From Paraspadella gotoi (lineage: Eukaryota; Animalia; Chaetognatha), in NCBI GenBank assembly GCA_051294375.1, contig CM119264.1, positions 4,548,402 to 4,612,170 of the forward strand: DNA of 63,769 nt, read 5' to 3'. The notes under the pieces are model-generated. The model searched no databases. It saw only the letters and a program-made list of their open reading frames with translations, and had not been told where the DNA came from. Below, one piece after another: positions 25,400 through 37,300 of the stretch (the first letter of the stretch is position 1; every line of letters starts with the position of its first letter). Position numbers and translations under genes: made by a program.

Positions 25400-26987
25400 T
25401 AAGCGCTTCTCGACTGAAGCGCGCAAAGAGATCGAAGCTGCAGTCCGCCGCCTGCCGCAGCGACGTCAGCCCAGCCGCATCGAGGGAGTCTTGAGGATCA
25501 CCTTGGGACTGGCCGGCGGCTTTACCCAGCCGCCGAAAGTAGCGTCCGGCGTCGTCGCCATGCATCCGGTAGCGTCTATGGCCGGCGCCAGCGGTCTGCG
25601 GGCGGCAAAAAGACGCCGCGCGGAAGAACGAGCGTTGGATCTGACCACGATGGCCAGACGAACCCTCGTTTGAGATCCAACTTGGGGAAAAATCTTTTTA
25701 GGAAATTCATTGATTCAACTCCAAAATGAACAAACCAGAACAAATTACTCATTTTAGTTTAAGTTGTCAAGAAAATAATTATCTGAAAAATACAACAAAA
25801 TAGATAAAAAATGAATTATTAAACATTGTTTAATTATGGACCAAGATCCTAACACCCCAATGGCGTTAAATGTGGCCAATAAATAATAAAATAATACACG
25901 CGTCTTACGTGAAATATGACTTTATATAAGCGTAAAAGCCCACAAAAAAAATGAATCAATAAGTTAGTAAAATTATTCACCAAGTATTTCTATCAATAAT
26001 CTATCAATAAATCTAATCGTTCGTCGTTCGTCCATCTTAGCGCAAGATAGAACCGGATGTAACCCGTTTCACCGATGGCGTACTCGCGAACGAGAGGAAA
26101 CGTTCGAGGGATAAGGAAAGTTTAACCTGATTAAAAAAATAAAAGTATTATTAAAATACTTTGATAAAACTATGCATGAGTATATCTCTTTTTTTTTATC
26201 CCTCTCAACCCTCGGCGACAGGAGACGTGGCGCGAGTAAAAGCGGACAAATATTTAGAGCGAAAGTGAGTTCTCGTTTTTTCTTGAAGTTTCGATGACAC
26301 GGCTGTCCTCGTTTCTCGCCGCCGAAGACGACGCCAGCCGCCGCGTCGCGCCAGCGCCGCCGTCTTGAGCCAACTTGAAACGCAACCGGAGGGCCAGATC
26401 TCCCTGCGTCAAAGGAAATTGAGTTTAAGGTCAGTTTCTTTCTGAGAACTATCTCGAAGTTTTTAAGTTTAAATGCGCGGACTCTATACAATAAGACGCT
26501 TCTTTCGCCGTTAAATCTGACCCATAAATATAAGATTGAAAATAAAATTATAACGTTTTTTACGTCGCATTTTCCCCCCCCATCTCTTTTACCTGCGGCG
26601 GCAAAGGAAACGCCTCCTTGTCGACGTCGGACGACGACGCTTCTCCCGATTTGTCGCAGATCGCCGGACGACGCGTTTGGAGCTCCGAGGAGGGAGAGGC
26701 GGACGGACGGGCGTCGTAGTCTGTGTCGGGGATTCCGAGATTGCTCCTTCGTCGCAGGTTTCATCCGACGGACGGTTGAATTCGCTGACTTGCTGTCGAT
26801 CGGCGAGATTCCGAGGGACAAACACAGATCGGTCCGAAGTTGGGGCTGGCCTTGAGGGGGTTTCATTTTCTCTCTTATAGATTTATTTTATATTATTTTA
26901 ATTTAAAAGACGGTATCTGGTTCTTTACCTTGATGGTCAAGGCGTCGTCGTTTCCAGCAGTGCGGACGGATCTGGACACGACGCCGA
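25400..26987 (-). other. Probable exons of an unidentified spliced gene
   Basis: GC-rich blocks separated by AT-rich spacers, with minus-strand donors AAG|GTAAAG (~26928) and CAG|GTAAAA (~26593) and acceptors at ~26850, ~26404 and ~25680. No recognisable domain. Confidence 0.45.
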
Positions 26988-27012
26988 NNNNNNNNNNNNN
27001 NNNNNNNNNNNN

Positions 27013-28143
27013 GGAGGGGGGATTTAATAATTAAACCTGGTGGTAAGGGGTAAGTGGTGAGAGCGGGATCAAGAGAAATTGTTTCTATTTCTTTTTAAGG
27101 GGACCAAGTGAACAGGGGGGGTAAAAAGTTGAAAACATAACGTTTGACCCTTTAACTTAAGCTGGTTCTGATCATATAATTTTTTCTTCTATAATCATTG
27201 GGAAAGTAGTTAAAAAATTCGATAAAAATCAGCGAGCTTAATTTTCTTTTAAAAAAATCGGTAAGAAGAAAATCTTTTCAAGTTTAAAATTTTTTTTTCC
27301 AAAAAAGGGTAAGATCTAATTTTAAAAAAGATTTTTCTGCTTTTATCACAAAAATTTATAAGAAAAAAAACTAGGAATGAATCAAAATTTAAGGTATTGA
27401 CTGATTTTATTTAAACTTTCTTTTCAAATGATTCTGTTAATTGGATGAAAATAAAACTCTTTTGAAGTAATATATATAAAAGAAGAGAAAGATTCTGTAC
27501 TTTTGCTAAATTTTATATTGTTATAATTAGGAATAAATATAGTTTAATTATACATTTAAGGGATGAATATGAATATTAATTAATAATTATTACAGTTTTG
27601 TTTCTGTAAGAATAGAATTTAGGTTTGATTTATCTGCTTTTAAGTAAATATAAAAATAAAAAAATATTAGTCTTGTAAAGCCTTTGTTCAATGAGGCTTA
27701 AACCTAAAATTATAGCTTTGTACAGTAAAAAAATAAAAAATTGGAATTTAGTAAAAAATACTTTCTAATGTAAAAATAAAATAATGGATTATATAAATAT
27801 TTAGGTAGGGTCAACTAAATTTTTTTTTCATAATTATTAAATTTTTGTTTCCGCTAGAATAAGAGATAGGAATTTTGTTGCCACTTTCCCGTGCAAAAGA
27901 AAAATTAATGACTATCACTTCAAATTCCTTTGATGATAGACCCTTAAGCTTATGATATCATTTTTATCACTGGGTCCCCTTAAGAGCGTGAAACAAGAAG
28001 ATGGGAGGAAGAGAGAGGGGAAAAAAAGGGCGTACTTTGACAGAATGTAAAATGTATAGAAATGAGTAAATAAGCGAGGAAAACATTTAGAGGAAGAGAA
28101 AGAGACTCGTGGTTAAACGACCGGCCCTTTAGGGTTTTTAGTT
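27013..28143. repeat. Second copy of 20085-21310
   Basis: Same sequence order (e.g. tttgaccctttaac, ctgattttat, ccactttcccgtgcaaa, gatgggaggaagag); begins immediately after an N gap. Confidence 0.9.
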
Positions 28144-28260
28144 ACGCCGAGAGTACTCGCGGATCAACTCTATAAGTCACTTTTCGGTCGGTCTGTCGGT
28201 CGGTCCGTCCGTATGTCTGTCCGTCGGTCTGTCCCACTGACGTTGAAAACACATGTTTGT
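28135..28260 (+). mobile_element. 5' end of a Helentron/DINE-1-like non-autonomous element (family A); 3' end not defined
   Basis: T-run start, a damaged terminal hairpin (...gag-agta-ctcgcggatcaac), CTCTATAAGTCACT, then a (GTCS/GTCT)n microsatellite. This is the same layout as the family B copies at 40175 and 60520. Confidence 0.6.
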
Positions 28261-28855
28261 ATTGTATTGTATTGTATTTTATTATATTTATTCATACAGC
28301 GGGTCCGAGGACCATGGGCCACAGTGGTTTTACAAAAACACAAAGCAGATAACAGAGATACAAGCAGTAATACAATAAGTATGACATCAGAAAATTTGAT
28401 TTCCAGGAACTCAGTAGATTTAAGCAATGAATAAATTTTTCCTAATAGAAAAAAGGCCAATTCTACTTTGTTATTTGCCTATAGTTGATTGCTCATTTAT
28501 TTAGACAGAAAAAACCTTAAATCTAAGGGACTGCTAACGCCGCATTCGGGAATTCCTAAAACTAAATAATAAAAGAAAAAATTTTGATTCAGTGCATGTC
28601 ATAAATACACGGGCAAAAAAGTTTTTTAGTCATGTAATGTCATGTCATATCATATCATCAAAAAAAATACACATGAAAATAAAGTCACTGTGGCGCAACA
28701 CATTGGAATCACCGTTATTGTTACTTTGGAAAGGCGAGAATACGGGGGTTTTCCAGAATGGACGACTGGGAGAAGGAAAGGGGTTTTCCGGGGTCAAAAA
28801 AGGTCATCGAGGTGAAAAAGGAGAAAGAAATCGAGTGAAGGGAATAAAGTTGATC

Positions 28856-28908
28856 ATTGAGATGAGATGAGATGAGATGAGATGAGATGAGATGAGATGA
28901 GATGAGAT
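28856..28908. repeat. (GATGA)n pentanucleotide microsatellite
   Basis: Directly visible. Confidence 0.9.
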
Positions 28909-31900
28909 GCCATGTGATTATAATTCGAGATCAACATTCGAAGGGGGGAGAGGAAATTTGAGCGGGGGGTTTGGTAGCAGAGTGAAAGGGAGGTAGAGGG
29001 TGTTCCAAATTTTAGTGGAAGGGTGGGGGGAAGTTTTCGATTTTTCCCCTCCCGTTAGAGTTTGTTGAGGGTTAAAGGAGATCGGAGGAAAGGGCAAAAA
29101 AGGAGATCGGAGGAAAGGGCAAAAAAGGAGATCGGAGTTCGAACAAGAAAAAAAAAGCAAACAGATTTCGAGGAAAGAAAATGGAGATGGATGGAGAAGG
29201 AAAGGAGAAAAAATGAAATAAAAAAAGATTTTCGAGAGAAAAGTTAAAGGATTAAAAAAATAGAAAGTTTACAGAGGAATTTACAGAGAAAATCGCATGA
29301 GACAGAGAAACAAAAGTTAAATTTAGACAGAGAAGTAACGAGAAAAGAAAAATACTGTAGAAAAGAAAAGAAGAGGAAAAAAGAAAAGAAAAAAGAGGAA
29401 AAAAGAAAAGAGAAGAAAAGACAAAAAATAAAAGACAAGACAAAACAAAAAAAGAAAACTAAAGAAAAGAAAAGAAAAGAAAAGAAAAGAATGAAAAAGA
29501 GGAAAGGAAAAATCTGGGACTGTTCTCGCGTTTTAACTTATTTTAATTTATTGCATTGGCTTTCTTTGAATTGGAGTCGGAGCAAGATCGTGATACTTAT
29601 GAAATGAAAAAAAAAACTATATATATTATTTAGGCCTTAGCAATTAGGAGTGATAAAAATATAGCAACTTATGATTTGGCCAATTAACGTAATGTTTTCA
29701 TTAATACGTCGAAACTGTAATATAATATTTTCATAAAAAACGTACATGTATATGTATATGTAATATACATGAAACATAACGCAACGTCAACCGACCCTCG
29801 ATTTAAAGGTTGCATTCATATTTCAGGCAGCGGAAAAAAATCGGAGGAAATCGCTCGACATCAAAGGTAAAGTAATCTGCAATCTGCAATTCGCAATGTG
29901 CAATGACGTAAATGTTGGCAAATACATTGAAAACGAATAAATGTTTATACGATTATTTTAGGTTTTTCGTCGACGGAAAACTTTATTGGCGACGTCGTCG
30001 TCGTCGTCGTCGCCATCGTCGTCGTTTTCTTTCTTTTTCTAAACTCGTTACCGCATCTGAAATTATGAAAACATTCTACCATTCATCCTCCTCAATCTCT
30101 CTCTCTCTCTCCTCTCTTCTCTCTCGCTCTCCCTCGCTCTCTTTGTCTCTCCTTCTCTTCCCTTTATTATCCTCTCTCTCTGCTCTCCTCTCATCTCTCT
30201 TCTCCTCCCCTCTCTTTAGCTCTCCATCTACTTTTCCGTATCTGTTTATCTCATAGTTTCTCATTTTGTTTTTCCGTTTTGTTTAATTCCATCTTCATCT
30301 TGTTATTCTTTTTCGATCGATTCTCATTTTTTTTTTGTTTTTTTACTTTTTATTTCAGGAAACTGAAAAATATTAATATGTTAATTAAAATATGAATTTA
30401 TTAATATACATATACGTATAAATATATATCATATTAATCAAATGAAAATTATATGACCAAAGTTTGTCTTCTTTAGGACAGGGAAGCTTTTCTTTTCAGT
30501 TTATTATAACTTTGATTCATTTTTTATCCGATCATTTAACTATTTACTTTGGCAAGATATTTTTTTTCTCTAGTACATCGCCTTTATTTGAATTGTATTT
30601 ATTATTTTGTATACATTTAAATCGGGGTTAAGTCGCCGTAATTGTTGGCGCTTTAACTTCGCCCCGACTCTTGTTGTAGAAAAAAAAATTCTGTTCGATC
30701 AGAGGAAAACTAAAATCGGTACTAAATTTGTGATTATTTTTTCTTCTTCTCGTTAATATGTTGTCAACGACTAAATATAAAAAAAAAACGTTCTTTTTGC
30801 TTGTCATTCTGATGGAAAGTTACGCGATTAATAAGTATTTAACAATTAGGGTCAGTCAGTTCGTCCTAAATTATAAAATAAATACATTAAATACCGTTCA
30901 ATTGCTTCTGATGGATAAGAGTAAAAGAATGAGACATAGATAGATAGAAAGAGAGAGAGGGACAGAGAAACAGAAAGATGGAGTGTGCAAATTTCCGCAC
31001 GTTTGTTTATCATCAAAAACGTGAAATGGCGCGAAAAACGTGAAAGATTCGCTTTTGTGAAATTCACGGATTCTTGAGCCGAAAAACCAAATGTCAATTT
31101 CTACATTGCAAACTGTTGAGCAAATCAAGCGTAAACCAACGATAAGCAGCCAAGAATTCTCTTTTTCTCAGAAAGGAATATTTTTTTCTTTTTTTTTTCA
31201 AAATGAGAGCGCGTAACTGTGATGATAATAGGTAAAGAAGCCAAGTACTCCGAAACTGACTAAACTAAAGAGTTTATATTAAAAGCTTTCGTCGTGCCGT
31301 GTAACTAGACCTGCTTCATAGAATGTAGGCCTTAACCAACCATAGATTTCTTAATTATTCAATGGACAATTTTTATATTGGTTGCACTAAATTCATACTG
31401 TTTTTTGTTTCTCTTTCTCGCTTTCATTCCTTCTAATTTCTCTCCACGATGCGATTCTTTTTACAAAAAAAAATCGCGTCTGACAAACCCCAACTCCCGC
31501 TGCCCCACCCTTCCTCCCCCCTTTGCCTCCAACCCCACTGCCCCACCCTCCCTCCTCTCTGCCCCACCCCCCCTCCAACCCCTCTCACCACTTTTCCTCC
31601 CCATTTGCCTCCAACCCCTCTGCCCTCCCTTCCTCCCCCCCTTTGCCTCCAACCCCACTGCCCCACCCTTTCTCCCCCTTTTCCTCCAAACCCACTGCTT
31701 TACCCTTCCTCCCCCTTTTCCTCCATTTCCCATTTTTCAATGACGATTTCCCGACTTCGTTTCTCCCGTTTTTTTTTTCTCTTTCCGTTTTTCATTTCTC
31801 TTCAACTTCCCAGATTTTTCTCTCTTCCCAATTTAACTTTCCTATTTTTTTTTTCAAAGTTCGTCCTCTCCCACTTTTAGCGAATTACATTTTTTAACGA

Positions 31901-33206
31901 ATCCAAACTTTCGCTAAGCCATATCGGGCATTGCCCCAAATGCTCTTGCCGGGATTATATAACCTTACTTTTTTCGGTAGTTACCTTTCAGAATTTTTTG
32001 TAATTCAAATTTATTTTCTCTTTATCTATTTCTGTTTTGAATATCTTTTCTCCAATTTTATCCATGAATTTATCACCTAATTTCGGTTCATTTCGAACAA
32101 TTTATATCATTACTTTTTTATCGTTTACCTAATTCTTTGTCCAAACCCCCTCCCCTTAACTTGATTACTCTTACTCATTATAGTAGTCTTTTCATTAACT
32201 TTACATTCACATAACACTCATCATCGTCCATTAATCTCCAAAATATGCGATTGTCCAACTTTTGTCATTGAACGATCAACATCCTCATTTGTCCACCCGA
32301 TTCGCCTTAGGATTTTCTCTTATTTACAATCCCTCCACTCACCACTCCACCCACCCACCACCACCTCCCAAGCCACCACCTCCGCTTTCCGTCCCGTTTT
32401 CTATTTCCTTTCCTCCAGTCACGTGACCCACGACTGATTGATGCATTTTCATGGAGGAAATGGAAAAAATGGAGAAACAATGAAATCGTTGAATTTATCC
32501 AATATCAATCCGACCGCCTTCTTTTTTTTTTGTTTTGAAATAAATTTTCCAGGATATTAGTTTTTACTCTCTCTCTCTGTCTCTCTCTGTCTCTGAATCT
32601 GTCTCTCCCTCTCCCTCTCCCTATCTCTCTCTCTCTCTCTCTCAGAACAAAGTAGTGTGCAGTAGCGAATAAATGATTTATTTCGATCCATTAAACGATT
32701 CCCCTTTTATCAATAAATCCAAATTTACAAAAGAAATTTCATTTCTAAAAATGAGCCAATTGTCGTTTCATTTTTTTCTTCAAAATTTGACGCCAGATTT
32801 CAGTTTTATTTTTCATGTTTTCACGGTCGTTGACCCAGTGAGTAGTGGAAAGATCGTGAGGCGTGAAAAGATCTCTAGCATCTTGATCTCCAGAAGGAAA
32901 CGTGACAAACTCTTACTGCGTTTTACTTCAATTACAATTTGAAAATAAAATTACAATTTGGAAAGAACAATTTTTGTTCAATCTAATAAAATATAATGTC
33001 AAACACTTGATTTCACAGTGTTTCGTTCTTTGTACATATACATATACAATTATACATATGTAATTCAATTTCTGGTCGCTTTTTCTCGCAAGGAGCTGAC
33101 GACATTGTCTATAATGTTTAATGACCTACATTGGCCAAAGAAGAAAAGGGAATTGGGAAAAAAAAGTCGGCAGTCAGCCAAGCGATGAAAGCAGTTAAAC
33201 TTTCTC

Positions 33207-33256
<50 letters not shown>

Positions 33257-33375
33257 AATTCCAATGTTTTTATTTTTTGCGACGGGTTTATCGATGTCGC
33301 TGGTGATTAAAGGAATCGAGAAACAGTTTTACTTCTTTCAATTTTCTCTCTCTCTCTCTCTCGCCTCTCTTTCTC

Positions 33376-33413
<38 letters not shown>

Positions 33414-33506
33414 ACCTCCTTGTTTCTTTATGGGAAAAACTTTTTACGTTGGGAAAAACGAGAATCAACAAGCATTGAAGGCCTTTGAAGACTTTGAGTG
33501 GAAAAT

Positions 33507-34103
33507 GAGGGATAGAGAGTGAGATGGTGAAATTGGGGAGAGAGAGACAATGGGTGAGAAGCATAGAGAGTGAGATGGTGAAATTGGGGAAAGAGAGACA
33601 ATGGGTGAGAAGCATAGAGAGTGGGATGGTGAAATTGGAGAGAGAGAGACAATGGGTGATAGGATAGAGAGTGGGATGGTGAAATTGGAGAGAGAGAGAC
33701 AATGGGTGAGAGGGATTGAGAGTGGGATGGTGAAATTGGAGAGAGAGAGACAATGGGTGATAGGGATAGAGAGTGGGATGGTGAAATTGGAGAGAGAGAG
33801 ACAATGGGTGATAGGGATAGAGAGTGGGATGGTGAAATTGGAGAGAGAGAGACAATGAGTGAGAGGGATAGAGAGTGGGATGGTGAAATTGGAGAGAGAG
33901 AGACAATGGGTGAGAGGGATAGAGAGTGGGATGGTGAAATTGGAGAGAGAGAGACAATGGGTGAGAGGGATAGAGAGTGGGATGGTGAAATTGGAGAGAG
34001 AGAGACAATGGGTGAGAGGGATAGAGAGTGGGATGGTGAAATTGGAGAGAGAGAGACAATGGGTGAGAGGGATAGAGAGTGGGATGGTGAAATTGGAGAG
34101 AGA
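33507..34103. repeat. 51-bp minisatellite, ~11.5 copies
   Basis: Unit GATAGAGAGTGGGATGGTGAAATTGGAGAGAGAGAGACAATGGGTGAGAGG; it produces the 17-aa periodic ORFs in the ORF track. Confidence 0.95.
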
Positions 34104-34379
34104 TACAACAATTTGAGAAGAAAAGAAAAGCAAGAAAGAAAGACGTCCTAGATACAAAGATGTTTTGTTATAAACAGCGGCTATAAATAATTCAATACAA
34201 ATATATCAGAATAGAAATCATGAATCCAAAACGGAGACCTTTAAAAAAGACTATTATTTAAATTTTTGGAACCTAGGCCGAGGGATGCACAGATACTCTG
34301 CCTCAAAATGTTACAAGCTTACGCTGGACATTTGCCGTTACTATTTAAAAAGTATGCTTATTTCTAACTAAAAATTCGT

Positions 34380-37300
34380 TTAAACTTTGAATACATTTAA
34401 GAGTCTTTCACATTCATACACTAAATAATACTGTAAGGAGAGGCGTAAGTAAAAATACAAAGAAAAAAAAATTGGGGCTACAATAATTTTTGTTTTCAAA
34501 ATTATCCAAAAATTTTTTAAATATGCCTGGATACACGGAAATACGATTTTGTACCCATTTATTTGCACGAGTTTTATTTGCCCTTATCTTTTCGCATTTA
34601 TTCATTAAATTACTTATAGGAGAAATATACAAATAAAGAATTGATCGTTGTTCAATTTGACATGGCATCCATAACGATATAGAATGGAATCTGTCAAAAT
34701 AAGTGAGTTTGGAAAGAGTGGAGTTGCTTTTAAAATTGTGTTGTTTTACTTCTCCGTTAGAATAAGTAAGTAATAAATAACCAAAAAAAATAAATCCAAA
34801 AGCAATTAATTTTAAACATAATTTTTTTTCTGTTATTTTAATTAAGATTGGTATAAATGGTAAAGTCCCGAACAAATAAAAATGTTCTTCGTAGTATACA
34901 AAAGCCATTAGTTTAGAAATGACAACATTTTTATCTTGGGATAAATAAATTTTATTCTTAACATTGGTTAAATTACAAAATTCTAATGAAGTTTTTAAAA
35001 TTTGATTTTTATCCATTTTAACCTGAAAATTAATAGAAATCGAAACAAAGGGTATCAAGAGGAAGAAAAAATAAGAAAAATTCTTTAATTTCAATCGTTG
35101 GTTTTTCATAACACAAAACGTTGTTAAAAAGAAAAATGCAAAAATTACGATTATGTACATGTTTGTGGTCGTTTTTCCAAATCTATATAAATACCAATAA
35201 GAGTTCACCAGTTCTTACTTTACAATTTTTTTGGTTATTTTGTAGTGAACTGGCACTTTAGGATGCTTTGTTTTCACTAAAACATCACAATGATATAATC
35301 TTTCAAAAAAGTAACGAAAATTTATATGGCGGATATAAAAATATAAATACAAATAAAAAAATATTGTGTTTGTTAATAATGGTATTATTCTAAACATGTG
35401 CTTGAGAAAAACTCTTTGTTTAGCCAAAAAAAATTATATACATGAAGTTTATTATACAGTCAATCAATATTATAATAAGAACTACTGAAAAGCTGGGCTT
35501 GAAAAGCGCACTGTTTCCCGAATACAATTGATATACATCTGTTCTTTTACCTTCTTTCTGTAGGCATCTTTCTTTAATGCCTCCTACTAATTTATTAAAA
35601 AGATTAAATTTTTTAAGTAAATCTATATTTACTAACACTTGATAGCTTATGCAATACAATGAATCATTTACACGATAAAAGTTGATGATTGGTGCATTTT
35701 GATATTTTAAGTGTCCCAAACCCCATGAAAAACTTCTGTGGTACATAAGTTCATGGTTTGCCAGACGATAACTAGTGAACTGTTCGTTTATTCCATGAAA
35801 AAATTAAAATAAAGAAATAGTCAAAAATTGAATCATTATTACTTGAATAATACAAGTTTTTTCTGTTTGACGCATTTTGAAAAATAAATTTTGAAGAATT
35901 TTCCATATCTCTTGCATCGTAAAAACACGAAATATTAGTAATGGAGTTAGGGCTATAAACATGATATTCGTATTATACACTTCTACGTATATCAAATATA
36001 GACCACAGGATAAACCATAAATTCCTTGTATCAGGCCAAAAAAGTCTGACATTGTTTTCATGCAAAGAGTGTAACTTTGATATTTGCGTTGTGGTTTTTC
36101 GTAATTATTTCTAAAATTTATTGCTGCCTTGGCTAAACATAACATTGACAAAACTATTGAGACAAGTGCTCCAGGGTCATCGATTTTCCAACTACAAAAA
36201 ATATGCATGTGATATTCTTTACCATAATTTGCATATGAATACTCATACGTTTTACAGTCGCAGCTAACACTTGTGTTATATCCCCCATTAAGTAGCGACC
36301 ACATTGTGTCTGAAAATATTAGATTTGTTTAATGTAGTTACTTTTGAAAATATACACATTGAGCAAACAATGTCGGATCATTATCGGTAATTAATTAATA
36401 ATTAAATAATTCAAGTTAATTAATTAATTGATTGATTAATTTGATCCGAAATGTTTGTTTTTAGGTCTTTTCGTCACTAAACACGACAAACAATGACGAC
36501 GATGAGAATAATGCCGATAACGATTGACTTGATTGATTATTAATTGACTAATTGATTAAATAACTTATTAATTACTTCATTAATTAATACACCTTGCATT
36601 TACATTTAATATAAAAAAAGCATAAGTAATTAGTGAAACAGGTTTTTTTGTTTTTTCCATTTAAACTCATTTCCACTCAAATGAAACTTTATTTCTAGCT
36701 CAATCACACACTTTCCTATCCACATACAAAATTTTAGGTGAATCGACCCATCCACTCATGAGCAATTGGTGTTCAAATAGTGAAATATATTTTTTGGTTT
36801 TTTCCATTTAAACTCATTTCCGCTCGGACGATTCCATCAAAACTTCATATCCAGCTCCACCCCCCCAATCTTGTCAAAACATCGAATTATGATAAATTAT
36901 GCCAAAAAATATGATGTCCGTCTGTCTGTCTGTCCATCCATCCGTCACACCTTAGCAAAAAACACCAATTACTCGTGATTTGATGGATGGATTGGAATGA
37001 AATTTTGTGTGTGGTTAGGAGAGTGTGTGATTGAGCTGGAAATAAAGTTTTGATGGAATCGTCCGAGTGGAAATGAGTTAAAATGTAAAAAAACAAAAAA
37101 TATATTTCACTATTTGAACGCCAACTACTCATGAGTGAATGGGGCTATTGACTTCAAATTTTGTATGTGGGTAGAAAAGTGTGTGTTTGAACAGGAAATT
37201 AAGTTTCGGTGAAAAATGGAAAAACAAACATACAATTTCACTATTTGATTAGGCTTTTTTATATTAAATGTAAATTTAAGCTGCATTAATTAACTATTAA

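Noticed and set aside
26593-26720. Cu/Zn SOD-like phrase LSLLG...IGRSVVV
   Set aside because: The metal-binding histidines are absent and the match is too short to support a call.
33412-34157. 200+ aa repetitive ORFs on both strands
   Set aside because: They result from a 51-bp (17-codon) unit that lacks stops; there is no splice or codon evidence.
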